Assembly (NCBI GenBank): GCA_964447335.1
Contig: CAYUSA010000001.1
Span: 63,091-127,090, forward strand
DNA: 64,000 bases
Source of the DNA: an uncultured Actinomycetes bacterium
GTDB taxonomy: Bacteria; Actinomycetota; UBA4738; HRBIN12
Direction of reading: 5' to 3'
This document shows positions 1 to 10,445 of this stretch, one piece after another; within the stretch, counting starts at the first letter, position 1; every line of letters begins with the position of its first letter. A program made the translations under genes and the position numbers. The notes beneath the pieces are model-generated. The model was not told where the DNA came from and did not search any database. It saw only the letters and a list, made by a program, of their open reading frames with translations.

Positions 1-253
1 CGACGACGATGACCTCCTTGTCGCGGAGGTACTCGTCCTGCATCTTCGCGATGACGTCGAAGTCCTCGCGGGTCATCGTCTTGCCAGAGGAGCGATCGGC
101 GACGACGTAGGTGCTGCCGGCCGAACGCGACACGACGCGCGTCTGCACGTTCACGTTGTCGAACTCGGTGAGCCGGGCCTGCGGCATCTCCTCAGTGAAG
201 CGCCGGAGGTCCTCCGGGGAGGGGTTGTCGTGCACGACCTTCGCGTCGACGGT
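1..253 (-). CDS. hypothetical protein, N-terminal part only (gene runs off the window's left edge)
   Basis: Minus-strand ORF starting at the ATG at 251-253 (MTVDAKVVHDNPSPEDLRRFTEEM...). Third-position GC bias is consistent with coding. No family recognised. Confidence 0.45.
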
Positions 254-399
254 CATCCTCGAGACTCCTTCTCCACGGCCAAGGGATGGCCTGAACGGGG
301 CGGCCTTGCTGGTGGGCGCCTAGTCTACAGAAGGAGTCGGAGCCCCTCCGCTGCGCCGCGCGCGAAGGCGGAGGCAGAGCGCTTGTACGGAACGGACAC

Positions 400-1410
400 A
401 TGGAGCTGAGCGAGGACGAGCTGATCGCGGCCATCCGCAGGGTGCTCTCCGGCGAGCAGCCGGGGGTCGTGCTCGGCATCGGCGACGACGCTGCCGTGGT
501 CGAGGCAGGCGCGGGCCAGCCCGTACTCACGACCGACATGCTCGTCGAGGGCGTGCACTTCGAGCTCGACTCGATCTCGGCGCGGGACCTCGGCGCGAAG
601 GCGATCGTCGTGAACGTCTCGGACATGGCGGCGATGGCCGCGAGCCCGCGGTACGCGTTGGCGTCGATCGGGCTCACGCGCGAGGTCGAGGCGGGTTGGG
701 TGGTCGAGCTGTACGGCGGGATGCGGGCCGCGTGCGCCGAGTACGCCCTTGCGCTCGTCGGCGGCGACACGAACCGCTCGCCCGCGATCGTCGTGTCCGT
801 CACCGTCGTGGGCGAGGTTGCGCCGGGGAGGGCCGTCACGCGCTCGGGCGCGCGACCCGGCGACCTGATCGTGGTCACGGGCTCGCTCGGCGCCGCCGCC
901 GGGGGACTGGCGCTCTCGCGGGCCGACCCGGTCCTGGCCTCGACGGCGCTGTCGGCACCGTGGGGCCGAGAGCTGATCGGCGCCCTGGCCCGGCCGGTCG
1001 CGCGGGTCGGTGAGGGCCAGACGCTCGCGCAGGCGGGGGCGACCGCGATGATGGACCTGTCCGACGGGCTGGCCAAGGATCTCGGACGCCTGTGCCGGGA
1101 GAGCGGCGCGGGCGCCCGGGTCGACCTGGAGCGCGTCCCGGTGTCTCCCGCGCTTCGCGAGGGCGCCGCGGTGCTGGGTGTGGACGCGCTGCACCTTGCG
1201 CTCGGTGGCGGGGAGGACTACGAGTTGCTCGCCACGCTGGATGCGGCCCACGTCGACCGAGCGCGGGCCGAGCTCAACGAGCGATTCGGGGTGTCGCTCA
1301 CCGAGGTCGGCGTCGTCATCGAGGGACACGACCTCGTGGGCATCGACGGGAGCGGGAGGACCTCGCCCCTCGCCCCGGCCGGATGGGACCACTTCGTCGA
1401 TGCCCGCTGA
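400..1410 (+). CDS. thiL: thiamine-monophosphate kinase
   Basis: 336-aa ORF with AIR-synthase-related fold motifs ([23 protein letters not shown]). Its stop overlaps the thiD start. Confidence 0.85.
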   Translation: MELSEDELIAAIRRVLSGEQPGVVLGIGDDAAVVEAGAGQPVLTTDMLVEGVHFELDSISARDLGAKAIVVNVSDMAAMAASPRYALASIGLTREVEAGWVVELYGGMRAACAEYALALVGGDTNRSPAIVVSVTVVGEVAPGRAVTRSGARPGDLIVVTGSLGAAAGGLALSRADPVLASTALSAPWGRELIGALARPVARVGEGQTLAQAGATAMMDLSDGLAKDLGRLCRESGAGARVDLERVPVSPALREGAAVLGVDALHLALGGGEDYELLATLDAAHVDRARAELNERFGVSLTEVGVVIEGHDLVGIDGSGRTSPLAPAGWDHFVDAR

Positions 1411-2212
1411 GACCCCCAGACCTCGCGCGCTCACGATCGCCGGATCGGACTCCGGCGGTGGGGCCGGCATCCAGGCCGACCTGAAGACCTTCAGCGCGCT
1501 CGGTGTGTACGGGATGACGGCGATCACGGCGGTCACCGTGCAGAACACGCTCGGCGTGAGCGGATACCAGGCGCTCTCGCCGGCGACGGTGGGAGACCAG
1601 ATCCGAGCCGTCGCCACGGACATCGGCGTGGACGCCGCGAAGACCGGCATGCTCGCCTCGCGCGAGATCGTCGACGCGGTCGCCGATGCGGTCGCGAAGA
1701 CCGAGATCCCGAACCTCGTGGTGGACCCCGTGTTCATGTCCAAGCACGGTCACGCGCTCCTGGCCGAGGACGCGGTGGACGCGCTCCGCACCCGGATCTT
1801 GCCCCTGTCGATGCTCGTCACGCCCAACCTGCCCGAGGCCGCGGGACTCGTCGGCTTCCCCGTCCGCTCGACCGACGACATGAGCCGCGCGGCCGAGGCG
1901 ATCCTGGGGTTCGGACCTCGAGCGGTGCTGGTCAAGGGGGGCCATCTCGAGGGCTCGGACCGCGCGGACGACCTCTTCTTCGACGGGGACCGGGTGGTGT
2001 GGGTCCAGGGTGTGCGCCTCGACACGCCGCACACGCACGGAACGGGGTGCACGCTCTCGGCGGCGATCGCGGCGCACCTGGCTCGCGGCGACGAGCTACT
2101 CGAGGCGGTCCGGGCCGGCAAGGCGTTCGTGACCGAGGCGATCCGTCACGCGCTCGCGATCGGGCATGGGATCGGCCCCGTCGACCAGCTCTGGTCCATC
2201 CCCGCCCGCTGA
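1400..2212 (+). CDS. thiD: hydroxymethylpyrimidine/phosphomethylpyrimidine kinase
   Basis: ATG at 1400 overlaps the thiL stop (ATGCCCGCTGA). Motifs [20 protein letters not shown] and KGGHLEG...[14 protein letters not shown] are typical of ThiD/PdxK. The ORF-track start at 1178 is an upstream in-frame artefact. Confidence 0.85.
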   Translation: MPAETPRPRALTIAGSDSGGGAGIQADLKTFSALGVYGMTAITAVTVQNTLGVSGYQALSPATVGDQIRAVATDIGVDAAKTGMLASREIVDAVADAVAKTEIPNLVVDPVFMSKHGHALLAEDAVDALRTRILPLSMLVTPNLPEAAGLVGFPVRSTDDMSRAAEAILGFGPRAVLVKGGHLEGSDRADDLFFDGDRVVWVQGVRLDTPHTHGTGCTLSAAIAAHLARGDELLEAVRAGKAFVTEAIRHALAIGHGIGPVDQLWSIPAR

Positions 2213-2296
2213 CGCCTCCACACCCGATCGCGCGCCTTGCCGCGTTGCCCCATCGCGCATGCGGGTTTCCCGCAACCGTGAGGGTGGTTCTCCCCG

Positions 2297-4000
2297 ATGG
2301 GCCGGCGTGCACGCGTGCCGAAGGTACGAACGACGATGGTGCAGGAGGGTGTGCTCGAGCTTCCCCGGGTCGACGCGCGTCGGCGTTGGCCGGCCTGGCT
2401 GTGGTTCCTCTCCGGGTCGCTTGCGGTGGCGGGCGTCCTGCCCCTGGTGCCGTGGGCCGCACGGGTGCGGCTGTACGAGGTCGTCTCCGTTGCCGGCGTC
2501 GTCGCCGCGTTCGTCGGCATCCACCGCGCGCGGCCCGAGCGGCTGCTCGCGTGGCAGGCGCTGGCCGTCGGGACCGCCTGCATCTTCGCCGGGGACGTGA
2601 TCTTCGACCTGTATCCAGCGCTCCGGCAGATCCTGGCTCCGTTCCCCTCCGCTGCCGACATCCTGTGGCTCCCCGGCTACGCGATGCTGGCCGTCGGTGG
2701 ATGGATGCTGTTCCAGATCTCGGGACCAGGCGGACGGCGAGTCGGGTGGATCGACGTCTCCATCGCCGGCGTCGCCCTGGTCGCGGCCCTGTGGGTGTTC
2801 TTCGTGGATCCGCAGCTGCGAGTGGGTCGGTTCGACGAGCTGGACATCGTGATCGCTGCGTATCCCCTGGTCGACATCTTCCTGATCTCGCTCGCGTGCC
2901 GATTCCTGTTCGTCGCCCGCCCGTGGGAGGTCGGCCTGCGGCTGTTCACGGTCGGCCTGGGCGGGCTGCTGTTCGCCGACCTGTGGTACTCGACCGCGCT
3001 CGCGAGGGGCATCACCCAGCCGGCCTGGCCGGTCAGCGTGGGGTGGCTGCTGTGGCCGATCGCCCTTGGGACGGTTGCGCTGCATCCATCCATGAAGACC
3101 CTTGGCTCCGACCTCACCGCCGAGCGAACTGGCTCGGTCCCCAGGTCACGGGTGTGGATGCTGGCCGTACTGGGGCTCGTGCCGGCGCTCGCGTGGGTGC
3201 AGGCCGAGCTCCTGGGGGTTCCGGTGGACGGCGATATGGTGCTGCTCCAGGGCATCGTGTCCGCCCTCATGCTGTTCCGCGTGGGTGGCCTTCTCCGCGA
3301 GGTCGCGGCGCACCGCGCTCGGTTGGCGGCTCGAGAGGAGGAGCGCGCGCGGCTGCTCGAGCGCCTGCACGCCGTCGCCGAGGAGGAGCGCGTGGAGCTC
3401 TCGCGGGAGTTGCACGACGGTCCGATCCAGCACCTCGCGGGGATCGAGCTCGGGCTCGAGCGAGTGCAGATGCGTCTGGCGGCAGGCGACGTCGAGCGGG
3501 CGGCCGCCATCGCCGGCCAGTTGCAGGCGCAGCTGCGCGAGGAGGTCATCGGGCTGCGGCGGCTCATGGCCGACCTGCGCCCGCCGATCCTCACCGAGCG
3601 CGGGCTCGCGGCGGCACTCAAGGATCACATCGACGCGCTCGGTCGCCGGACGGACCTTCGTGTGGCGATGCAGGCCACACTCGACCAGCGGCTGGAGCCG
3701 GACGCCGAGGCCGTCCTGTTCCGGGTCGCGCAGGAGAGCCTGTCCAACGTCGTCCGGCATGCCCGAGCGAACCACGTGTGGGTCTGGGTCCAACGCCTGG
3801 ACGGCCAGGTCGAGCTCACCGTGCGTGACGACGGGTTGGGATTCGAGCCCGAGACGGTCGCCGAGCGGACCGATCGGCTCGGCCTGGTCTTCATGAGTGA
3901 GCGCCTCGCGATGGTCGGAGGCACGCTCGAGGTGCACTCGCGGCCGGGGTCCGGCACGGTCGTGCGCGCACGACTGCCCGTCGGAACGGAGGCGGCGTGA
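2297..4000 (+). CDS. membrane sensor histidine kinase, NarL-partner type (HisKA_3 + HATPase_c)
   Basis: Polytopic N-terminal membrane domain, then the dimerisation/His box ELHDGPIQHLAGIELGLE and a C-terminal ATPase domain (RDDGLGFEPE...MSERLAMVGGTLEV). An alternative start is the Met near 2336. Confidence 0.75.
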   Translation: MGRRARVPKVRTTMVQEGVLELPRVDARRRWPAWLWFLSGSLAVAGVLPLVPWAARVRLYEVVSVAGVVAAFVGIHRARPERLLAWQALAVGTACIFAGDVIFDLYPALRQILAPFPSAADILWLPGYAMLAVGGWMLFQISGPGGRRVGWIDVSIAGVALVAALWVFFVDPQLRVGRFDELDIVIAAYPLVDIFLISLACRFLFVARPWEVGLRLFTVGLGGLLFADLWYSTALARGITQPAWPVSVGWLLWPIALGTVALHPSMKTLGSDLTAERTGSVPRSRVWMLAVLGLVPALAWVQAELLGVPVDGDMVLLQGIVSALMLFRVGGLLREVAAHRARLAAREEERARLLERLHAVAEEERVELSRELHDGPIQHLAGIELGLERVQMRLAAGDVERAAAIAGQLQAQLREEVIGLRRLMADLRPPILTERGLAAALKDHIDALGRRTDLRVAMQATLDQRLEPDAEAVLFRVAQESLSNVVRHARANHVWVWVQRLDGQVELTVRDDGLGFEPETVAERTDRLGLVFMSERLAMVGGTLEVHSRPGSGTVVRARLPVGTEAA

Positions 4001-4440
4001 GCGAGGGGCGGGTGCTCGTCGCCGACGACGACGGCCTGGTGCGCGAGGTCGTGCGCGAGCTGCTCGAGGACTATGGGTTCGACATCGTCGGCGAGGCCGA
4101 GGACGGCTCCGTCGCGGTCCGCCTCGCCGGCGAGCTGCTGCCCGACGTCGTGCTGATGGACATGCGGATGCCCGTGATGGACGGCATCGAGGCGACGGCC
4201 GAGATCCGCGGCCGGCAGCCGAACGTCCAGGTCGTGATGCTCTCGGCCTACGACGACGAGGGGTTCAAGCAGGACGCCGAGCAGGCCGGGGCCCTGTGCT
4301 ACCTCGTGAAGGGCATGGGCGGCGGGCTGATCCGGGACGTGCTCCGCTCGGCCGTGGACACGGCGCGAGGGCTGGCGCTGCGAGGGATGGCCGCGGAGGC
4401 GAGCGGGCCTAGCGGGCGCGCTGGACCTTGCCGGCCTTGA
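3997..4440 (+). CDS. single-domain response regulator (receiver only, no output domain)
   Basis: Receiver-domain motifs [25 protein letters not shown] and YLVKG. The 147-aa protein ends without a LuxR helix-turn-helix. The start overlaps the kinase stop, and the 3' end overlaps convergent rpmB by 32 bp. Confidence 0.7.
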   Translation: MSEGRVLVADDDGLVREVVRELLEDYGFDIVGEAEDGSVAVRLAGELLPDVVLMDMRMPVMDGIEATAEIRGRQPNVQVVMLSAYDDEGFKQDAEQAGALCYLVKGMGGGLIRDVLRSAVDTARGLALRGMAAEASGPSGRAGPCRP

Positions 4441-4600
4441 TGCAGCTCGTGCACGCGTGAACGCGCTTCGGGGTTCCGTTCACCACGGCGCGGACCCGCT
4501 GGATGTTGGGGTTCCACCGGCGCGGGCTCCGGCGGTGGGAGTGGGAGACCTGCATGCCGAAGAACGGCTTCTTCCCGCAGATGTCGCAGACGGCTGCCAT
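4409..4600 (-). CDS. rpmB: 50S ribosomal protein L28
   Basis: [63 protein letters not shown]. The ORF-track N-terminal extension is rejected and the start is placed at the ATG at 4598-4600. Confidence 0.93.
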   Translation of the reverse strand: MAAVCDICGKKPFFGMQVSHSHRRSPRRWNPNIQRVRAVVNGTPKRVHACTSCIKAGKVQRAR

Positions 4601-4748
4601 GGCCGAGCAAGGGTAGCAGACGACCGGAGGCGGCCAACCCACGATCCTGAGCTCGGGGCTGGGCCCGCGTGCGCGCTCGGTCGGCCCGGCGTACGTACCG
4701 CTCGACGCCTGAGCGGAACGCGGATGACCCTCGTGGTAGAACCGACCC

Positions 4749-6983
4749 ATGCTTCCACCATGTTCTTCGGAGCGCCCGGTGGCGCTGACGCTCGCCTCGC
4801 CGGTCGAGGCGATCGATCGGCAGCTCGCGAACCGCCGCACCGGGTTCCGGACCAAGGGAGACCCGGCGCACGAGGTCCTCTCAGCCTCGCTCGGCATCCA
4901 GATCGTGGGGCAGCTGTTGCACCACTACCCGCGCCGGTACATCGACCGCTCGCAGGTGGCCAGGATCCGCGACCTCAAGATCGGGCAGCAGGCGACCGTG
5001 ATCGCGACGGTGAAGCGCGCGGTCAAGCGCCAGACCCGGCGTCACCAGACGATGGTCACCGTCACGCTGTACGACGGCTCCGGGTACCTGGATCTCACGT
5101 TCTTCAACCAGCCCTGGATGGCCTCGATGTACAAGGAGGGACACGAGGTCGCGGTCTCGGGCGTCGTGCAGCTCTACAAGGGTCGGCTCCAGCTCGCGAA
5201 CCAGGAGGTCGAGCTCCTCAAGGGCGACGAGGCCGACCTGGTCCACACCGGTCGCATCACGCCGGTCCACCGCGCGACCGATGGCATCACGACGCGCACG
5301 ATCCGGGAGCTGGTGCATCGCGCGCTCGAGCAGCTCCGCACGATCGCCGACCCGATGCCGCCCGACGTCGTCGCGGCCGAGCGGCTCTCCGCGTTCGACG
5401 GCGCGATCCGCCAGGTCCACTTCCCCGCCTCGCAGGAGGAGCGCCGGGCGGCCGAGGAGCGCCTGAAGTTCGACGAGCTGTTCACGCTCGAGCTCGGCGT
5501 GGCGTTCCGCAAGCACCGCGTCGAGGCCGCCCAGACCGGCGTCCGGCACGAGCCGGACGGGGCCCTCGTCCGGCGCCTGCTCGCGACGCTGCCGTTCGAG
5601 CCGACCGGCGCGCAGACGCGCGCGATGGGCGAGATCGACACGGCGATGGCGCGCCCCCGCCCGATGAACTTGCTCCTGCAGGGCGACGTCGGCTCGGGCA
5701 AGACGCTCGTCGCGCTCCACGCCGCGCTCGTCGCGATCCAGTCCGGGCACCAGGCCGCGATCATGGCCCCGACCGAGGTCCTCGCGGGGCAGCACTTCCG
5801 GTCGATGGCGGCGCTGCTCGGCCCCTTCGGCGCGATCCCGTACCTCGAGCTCACGGGCGCGCCGGATGACGGGCCGCAGAGCTCACTGCTCGAAGGACCC
5901 GAGGACGTACCCGCCGAGGCCGGGGTCACGTACGCGCTCCTCACCGCCGGGGTCACCGGCAAGGACCGGGTGCGGATCCTCGAGGGCATCGCGGGCGGCG
6001 ACGTCGACCTGGTCGTGGGGACCCACGCGCTCGTCCAGGAAGGGGTCGCGTTCGCCGACCTCTCGCTCGCGGTGATCGACGAGCAACACCGCTTCGGCGT
6101 GCACCAGCGCATGGCACTGAAGGGGAAAGGCGGCTCGCCGGACGTCCTCATCATGACGGCGACGCCGATCCCGAGGACCCTCGCGCTCACGTACTACGGC
6201 GATCTCGACGTCGTCGTCCTCGACGAGATGCCGAAGGGCCGGCAGCCGGTCGAGACGAAGATCGCGCGCACCAAGCAGGAACGCGACGCCGCCTACGCGC
6301 TCATACGCCGCGAGGTCGAGGCCGGACGGCAGGCGTTCGTGGTCTGCGCCGCGATCGACGAGGCGAACAAGAGCGAGGTCCGCGCCGCCGAGGCGGAGGC
6401 GAAGCGGCTTGCCGAGGACGTCTTCCCCGACCTCTCGCTCCACCTGTTACACGGCCGCATGCGTCCCGCCGAGAAGGAGCGCGTGATGGAGGCGTTCCGC
6501 TCGGGCGAGCACCACCTGCTGATCTCGACCACCGTGATCGAGGTCGGTGTCGACGTGCCGAACGCGACGGTCATGCTCGTCGAGAACGCCGAGCGGTTCG
6601 GACTCGCGCAGCTCCACCAGCTCCGGGGCCGGATCGGCCGCGGCGAGCACGCCTCGTCCTGCGTGCTCTTCGACGAGTCGAAGCAGGACAACGAGGAGGC
6701 CCGCGCCCGCCTGGACGCGATGGTCCGCACGACCGACGGCTTCGAGCTCGCCGACGAGGACCTGCGGCTCAGAGGTGAGGGCACCCTCTTCGACGTGAAA
6801 CAGTCCGGCATGCCCGACCTGAAGCTTGCGCGCCTGGCCGAGGACCTCGAGCTCGTCAAGCGCGCCCGCGCCCGTGCGTTCGCCGTGATCGACGAAGACC
6901 CGTCCCTCGAACGGCACCCCGGCCTGCTCCTCGAGCTCCGCTCGCGCTTCGAGCGCTCGATCGAGTGGCTTTTCCACTCCTGA
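4749..6983 (+). CDS. recG: ATP-dependent DNA helicase RecG
   Basis: 744 aa with a wedge-domain N-terminus, helicase motifs GDVGSGKT and [10 protein letters not shown], and the C-terminal [12 protein letters not shown]. Confidence 0.92.
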   Translation: MLPPCSSERPVALTLASPVEAIDRQLANRRTGFRTKGDPAHEVLSASLGIQIVGQLLHHYPRRYIDRSQVARIRDLKIGQQATVIATVKRAVKRQTRRHQTMVTVTLYDGSGYLDLTFFNQPWMASMYKEGHEVAVSGVVQLYKGRLQLANQEVELLKGDEADLVHTGRITPVHRATDGITTRTIRELVHRALEQLRTIADPMPPDVVAAERLSAFDGAIRQVHFPASQEERRAAEERLKFDELFTLELGVAFRKHRVEAAQTGVRHEPDGALVRRLLATLPFEPTGAQTRAMGEIDTAMARPRPMNLLLQGDVGSGKTLVALHAALVAIQSGHQAAIMAPTEVLAGQHFRSMAALLGPFGAIPYLELTGAPDDGPQSSLLEGPEDVPAEAGVTYALLTAGVTGKDRVRILEGIAGGDVDLVVGTHALVQEGVAFADLSLAVIDEQHRFGVHQRMALKGKGGSPDVLIMTATPIPRTLALTYYGDLDVVVLDEMPKGRQPVETKIARTKQERDAAYALIRREVEAGRQAFVVCAAIDEANKSEVRAAEAEAKRLAEDVFPDLSLHLLHGRMRPAEKERVMEAFRSGEHHLLISTTVIEVGVDVPNATVMLVENAERFGLAQLHQLRGRIGRGEHASSCVLFDESKQDNEEARARLDAMVRTTDGFELADEDLRLRGEGTLFDVKQSGMPDLKLARLAEDLELVKRARARAFAVIDEDPSLERHPGLLLELRSRFERSIEWLFHS

Positions 6984-7013
6984 TGCTCGCCCGGCGGATG
7001 GGCCGCGGATACC

Positions 7014-10000
7014 ATGCGCGTAGATGAGTCCGTGGAAGTGCAACACGTGACGCCCGACCCTGGCAACTCGGCCCCCGAGCCGGGGGCCGGAGCCGGGGGG
7101 TCCTCAGCGCCGCCGGCGCGTCCACCCCGCCCCGGCGTCGCGCGCGTCTGCGCGGCCGTCGCCGCCCTCCTCGGCGGCCTCGTCCTCGTCGGCTGGGCCC
7201 TCGGCATCGAGGTGCTGAGGAGCCCGCTCCCCGGCGAGGTCTCGATGAAGCCCAACACGGCCCTGTCGTTCCTGCTGCTCGGACCTGCGCTCCTCCTGCT
7301 CCTCGTCGGGAGGGCGGAACGCCGCCTTCGCGCCGCCGGAAGGCTCCTGGCCCTTGCTCCCGTGATCGTCTCCCTGCTCACGCTGGCGGAGTACGCGTTC
7401 GACCGTGACCTCGGGATCGACGAGCTGCTGTTCCGCGACACGACGGCCGCGGTTGCCACCGTCGTGCCGGGCAGGCCGGCGCCGTTGACGGCCGTCTGTT
7501 TCCTGCTGCTCGGGTCGGCGCTCCTCGTGCTCGATCGTCGACGCGGCGCAGGTCTCGCGCAGGTGCTCGGATCGGTCGCGGGCTTCGTGGGGCTCCTCGG
7601 GCTCCTGCCGTACCTCTACGGCCTGCGGTCGTCCTCGGGGCTCATCGCGCGCGAGACCCAGATGGCGATGCACACGGCGGTGGCGATGGTCCTCCTCGGA
7701 GTGGGCGTGGTGCTGGCTCGTCCGGATCGGGGGCCGATGGCCTTCGTCGGCAGCGACACGATCGGGGGGAGCCTTGCCCGGCGCCTGCTGCCCGTTGCGG
7801 TTGGCCTGCCCGTCGCCGCCGGCTGGCTGGCCGTGGGGGGCCAGCGCTTGGGGCTGTACGACCCCGGCTTCCGCGTCTCGGTCGTGGCGACCGCGAGCGC
7901 TGCCGTCCTCGCGGTGCTGACGTGGGTGGGGACTCGGTCCGCCCACCGCTCGGACCTCGCACGCAGGCAGGCGGAGCGAACGCGCGTGGACCTGTTCCGC
8001 GCCAATCCCAGCGCCGGGTGGGTCACCCGCATGTCCGATGGTCTGTTCGTCGACGTCAACGAGGCGTTCGCCCAGACCTTCGGCCGGGCCAGGGAAGACC
8101 TGATCGGCCGGACTTCCGTCGAGCTCAACATCTGGGCGGATCTGGGGGAGCGCGAGGCCGTGATGCGGATGCTTCGCGAGCAAGGGACGGTCGAGGGTAT
8201 GGAAGCGCACCTCCGCGACACCAACGGACGTTCGTTCCCCGCCCTGTTCGCGGCGAGGGTCGAGGAGATCGACGGCGAGCCGCACGTCGTGGGCTCGCTC
8301 CTGGACATATCCGAGCGGAGGCGCGCGGATGAGGAACGGGAACGGTCCGCGAGGCGTCTCGAGGGGCTGAACGCGATCGGTCGCGACATCCTGGGCGCCC
8401 GATCGACGGAAGAAGTGACTCGCGTGGGCCTCGCGCGCCTGCGCGAGCTGGTCCCCTGCATGCGGGCCTCCCTCGCCCGGTTCGACCCGGCGACGCAAGA
8501 GCTGGTGATCCTGGCTCTGGACGCGGAGGGGGAGACCGAGGTCGGGATCGGCGCGCGCTTCCCCCTCACCGCGGCCGGCCCAACGGACAGGCTCCGGCGC
8601 GGTGAGATCAACCGGATCCCCGACACGCTGGAGGTGCGGGACCCGTCACCGTCGGTGCGTCGATTGATCGAGGAGGGTGTACGGATGTACGCGAACGTAC
8701 CGATGGTGGCCGCGGGGGAGCTGATCGGCACCATCAACCTGTCGTCCGCAACGCCGGGCGGATTCGCAGAGGAGGAGCTCGATGCCACCCGGGAGGTGGC
8801 CGACCTCCTCACCGTGGCGCTGGTGGAGTCGGACCTCCGGGACGAGCTGCGACGGCACGCGGAGGACCTGGAGCAGCGGGTGGCCGAGCGGACCGCGGCT
8901 CTGTCCGAGAGCGAGACCCGCTGCCGGTCGCTCCTGGCCAACGCCCCCGACGGGGTCCTACTCGTCGACCCGGCGGGGGTGATCGCGTTGGCGAACGACA
9001 CGGCCGCGACGCTCTTCGGCTACGAGGTGATCGAGCTTCACGGGCTGCCCGTGGAGGTGCTCGTGCCCGAGTCGCTCTGGGCGACCCACGGGAGGCACCG
9101 GGAGGAGTACTCCACCGAGCACGTCGCTCGACCCATGGGAACGGGACTTGCGCTCCGCGGACGGCGCAAGGACGGGACGGAGTTCCCCGCCGACATCTCC
9201 CTGAACTCGATCCTCCCCGACAACGCCCACGGCGGGCCGAGCGCGATCGCATTCGTTCGGGACGTCACGGAGCGGGAGCGGATCGAGGAGGCGATCGTCG
9301 CGGCCAAGGAGGAGGCCGAACGGGCGAACCGGGCCAAGGACGAGTTCCTCTCGCGGATGAGCCACGAGCTCCGCACGCCGTTGAACGCGGTCCTCGGGTT
9401 CGCCCAGGTGCTCGAGATGGAGGATCTACCGCCCGAGCAGCACGACAGCGTCCGGCAGATCCGCATGGGAGGGCAACACCTGCTCGAGCTGATCAACGAG
9501 GTCCTGGACATCTCGCGGGTCGCGACCGGGGATCTCTCGCTCTCGCTCGAGCCGGTCGGGGTGAGCGAGACGCTCCGCGACGTCGTCGACCTCGCCCAGC
9601 CGCTCGCCGCCGACCGGGGCATCACGCTGCGGCTGGAGGATGCCAGCGGGCTCCACGTCCTGGCCGACCGCCAGCGGCTCAAGCAGGTCCTGTTCAATCT
9701 GCTCTCCAACGCGATCAAGTACAACCGCGAGGGGGGCAGTGTGGACGTCTCCTGGGCCGAGGCGCCGGAGGGGAAGCTCCGGATCCACGTCACCGACACG
9801 GGTCCCGGGATCCCCCCCGAGCGGATGGGGCAGGTGTTCGTCTCCTTCGACCGTCTGGGGGCCGAGGCGGGCGGCGTCGAGGGGACCGGCCTCGGGCTGT
9901 CCTTGTCGAAGGCCCTGGCCGAGGGGATGGGGGGAACGCTCGAGGTGAAGAGCGAGGTGGGGGCCGGCTCGGTCTTCACGGTCGAGCTGCCGCTCGCCGA

Positions 10001-10445
10001 GCCGCCCGACCAGCGCTACGAGCGGGAGCCCCGTGAGCACGACCGGATGGAGGAGCGCGGGCAGGCCCGGACCGTGCTGTACGTGGAGGACGACCTGTCC
10101 AACCTCCGGCTGATCGAACGGATCCTCGACCGACGGCCGGGGGTCCGCCTGCTGACCGCGATGCAGGGGCGCCTCGGGATCGAGCTCGCCCGAAAGCACA
10201 AGCCGGACCTCATCCTGCTCGACCTGCACCTGCCGGACATCGGCGGGGAGGAAGCGCTCCGCTGGCTCCGGGGAGATCCCGCCACGGCGGGCATCCCCGT
10301 CGTCGTGATCTCGGCGGATGCCACCCAAGCCCAGATCGAGACGCTGCTCGCCGCGGGGGCGCGTGAGTTCGTGACCAAGCCGATCGACGTGAAGCGGTTC
10401 CTGCAGGTCGTGGACGACGTGTTGCGAGGGCCCGAGGATGGGTGA
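7014..10445 (+). CDS. hybrid sensor histidine kinase (membrane domain, PAS/GAF/PAS, HisKA, HATPase_c, REC)
   Basis: 1143 aa. The HisKA motif is MSHELRTPLNAVLGFAQVLE; the ATPase G-boxes are DTGPGIPPE and GTGLGLSLSKALAEG; the C-terminal receiver carries TVLYVEDD, LILLDLHLPD and VTKPID. The true start may be downstream of 7014. Confidence 0.8.
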   Translation: MRVDESVEVQHVTPDPGNSAPEPGAGAGGSSAPPARPPRPGVARVCAAVAALLGGLVLVGWALGIEVLRSPLPGEVSMKPNTALSFLLLGPALLLLLVGRAERRLRAAGRLLALAPVIVSLLTLAEYAFDRDLGIDELLFRDTTAAVATVVPGRPAPLTAVCFLLLGSALLVLDRRRGAGLAQVLGSVAGFVGLLGLLPYLYGLRSSSGLIARETQMAMHTAVAMVLLGVGVVLARPDRGPMAFVGSDTIGGSLARRLLPVAVGLPVAAGWLAVGGQRLGLYDPGFRVSVVATASAAVLAVLTWVGTRSAHRSDLARRQAERTRVDLFRANPSAGWVTRMSDGLFVDVNEAFAQTFGRAREDLIGRTSVELNIWADLGEREAVMRMLREQGTVEGMEAHLRDTNGRSFPALFAARVEEIDGEPHVVGSLLDISERRRADEERERSARRLEGLNAIGRDILGARSTEEVTRVGLARLRELVPCMRASLARFDPATQELVILALDAEGETEVGIGARFPLTAAGPTDRLRRGEINRIPDTLEVRDPSPSVRRLIEEGVRMYANVPMVAAGELIGTINLSSATPGGFAEEELDATREVADLLTVALVESDLRDELRRHAEDLEQRVAERTAALSESETRCRSLLANAPDGVLLVDPAGVIALANDTAATLFGYEVIELHGLPVEVLVPESLWATHGRHREEYSTEHVARPMGTGLALRGRRKDGTEFPADISLNSILPDNAHGGPSAIAFVRDVTERERIEEAIVAAKEEAERANRAKDEFLSRMSHELRTPLNAVLGFAQVLEMEDLPPEQHDSVRQIRMGGQHLLELINEVLDISRVATGDLSLSLEPVGVSETLRDVVDLAQPLAADRGITLRLEDASGLHVLADRQRLKQVLFNLLSNAIKYNREGGSVDVSWAEAPEGKLRIHVTDTGPGIPPERMGQVFVSFDRLGAEAGGVEGTGLGLSLSKALAEGMGGTLEVKSEVGAGSVFTVELPLAEPPDQRYEREPREHDRMEERGQARTVLYVEDDLSNLRLIERILDRRPGVRLLTAMQGRLGIELARKHKPDLILLDLHLPDIGGEEALRWLRGDPATAGIPVVVISADATQAQIETLLAAGAREFVTKPIDVKRFLQVVDDVLRGPEDG

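Noticed and set aside
254-399. Possible TPP riboswitch upstream of thiL
   Set aside because: I looked for the conserved CUGAGA and GGGG…ACCC…UGAUCUGG elements and did not find them. The thiL leader appears unstructured.
192-1743. Long minus-strand ORFs (294 and 472 aa) antisense to thiL
   Set aside because: They lie opposite a well-supported conserved gene. Their Arg/Pro/Gly/Ala-rich composition is typical of out-of-frame translation of high-GC coding DNA.
4457-6443. ORFs of 470 aa (+), 304 aa (-), 338 aa (-) and 186 aa (-) overlapping recG
   Set aside because: Alternative frames or antisense of recG. The composition is low-complexity R/P/G-rich, with no motifs.
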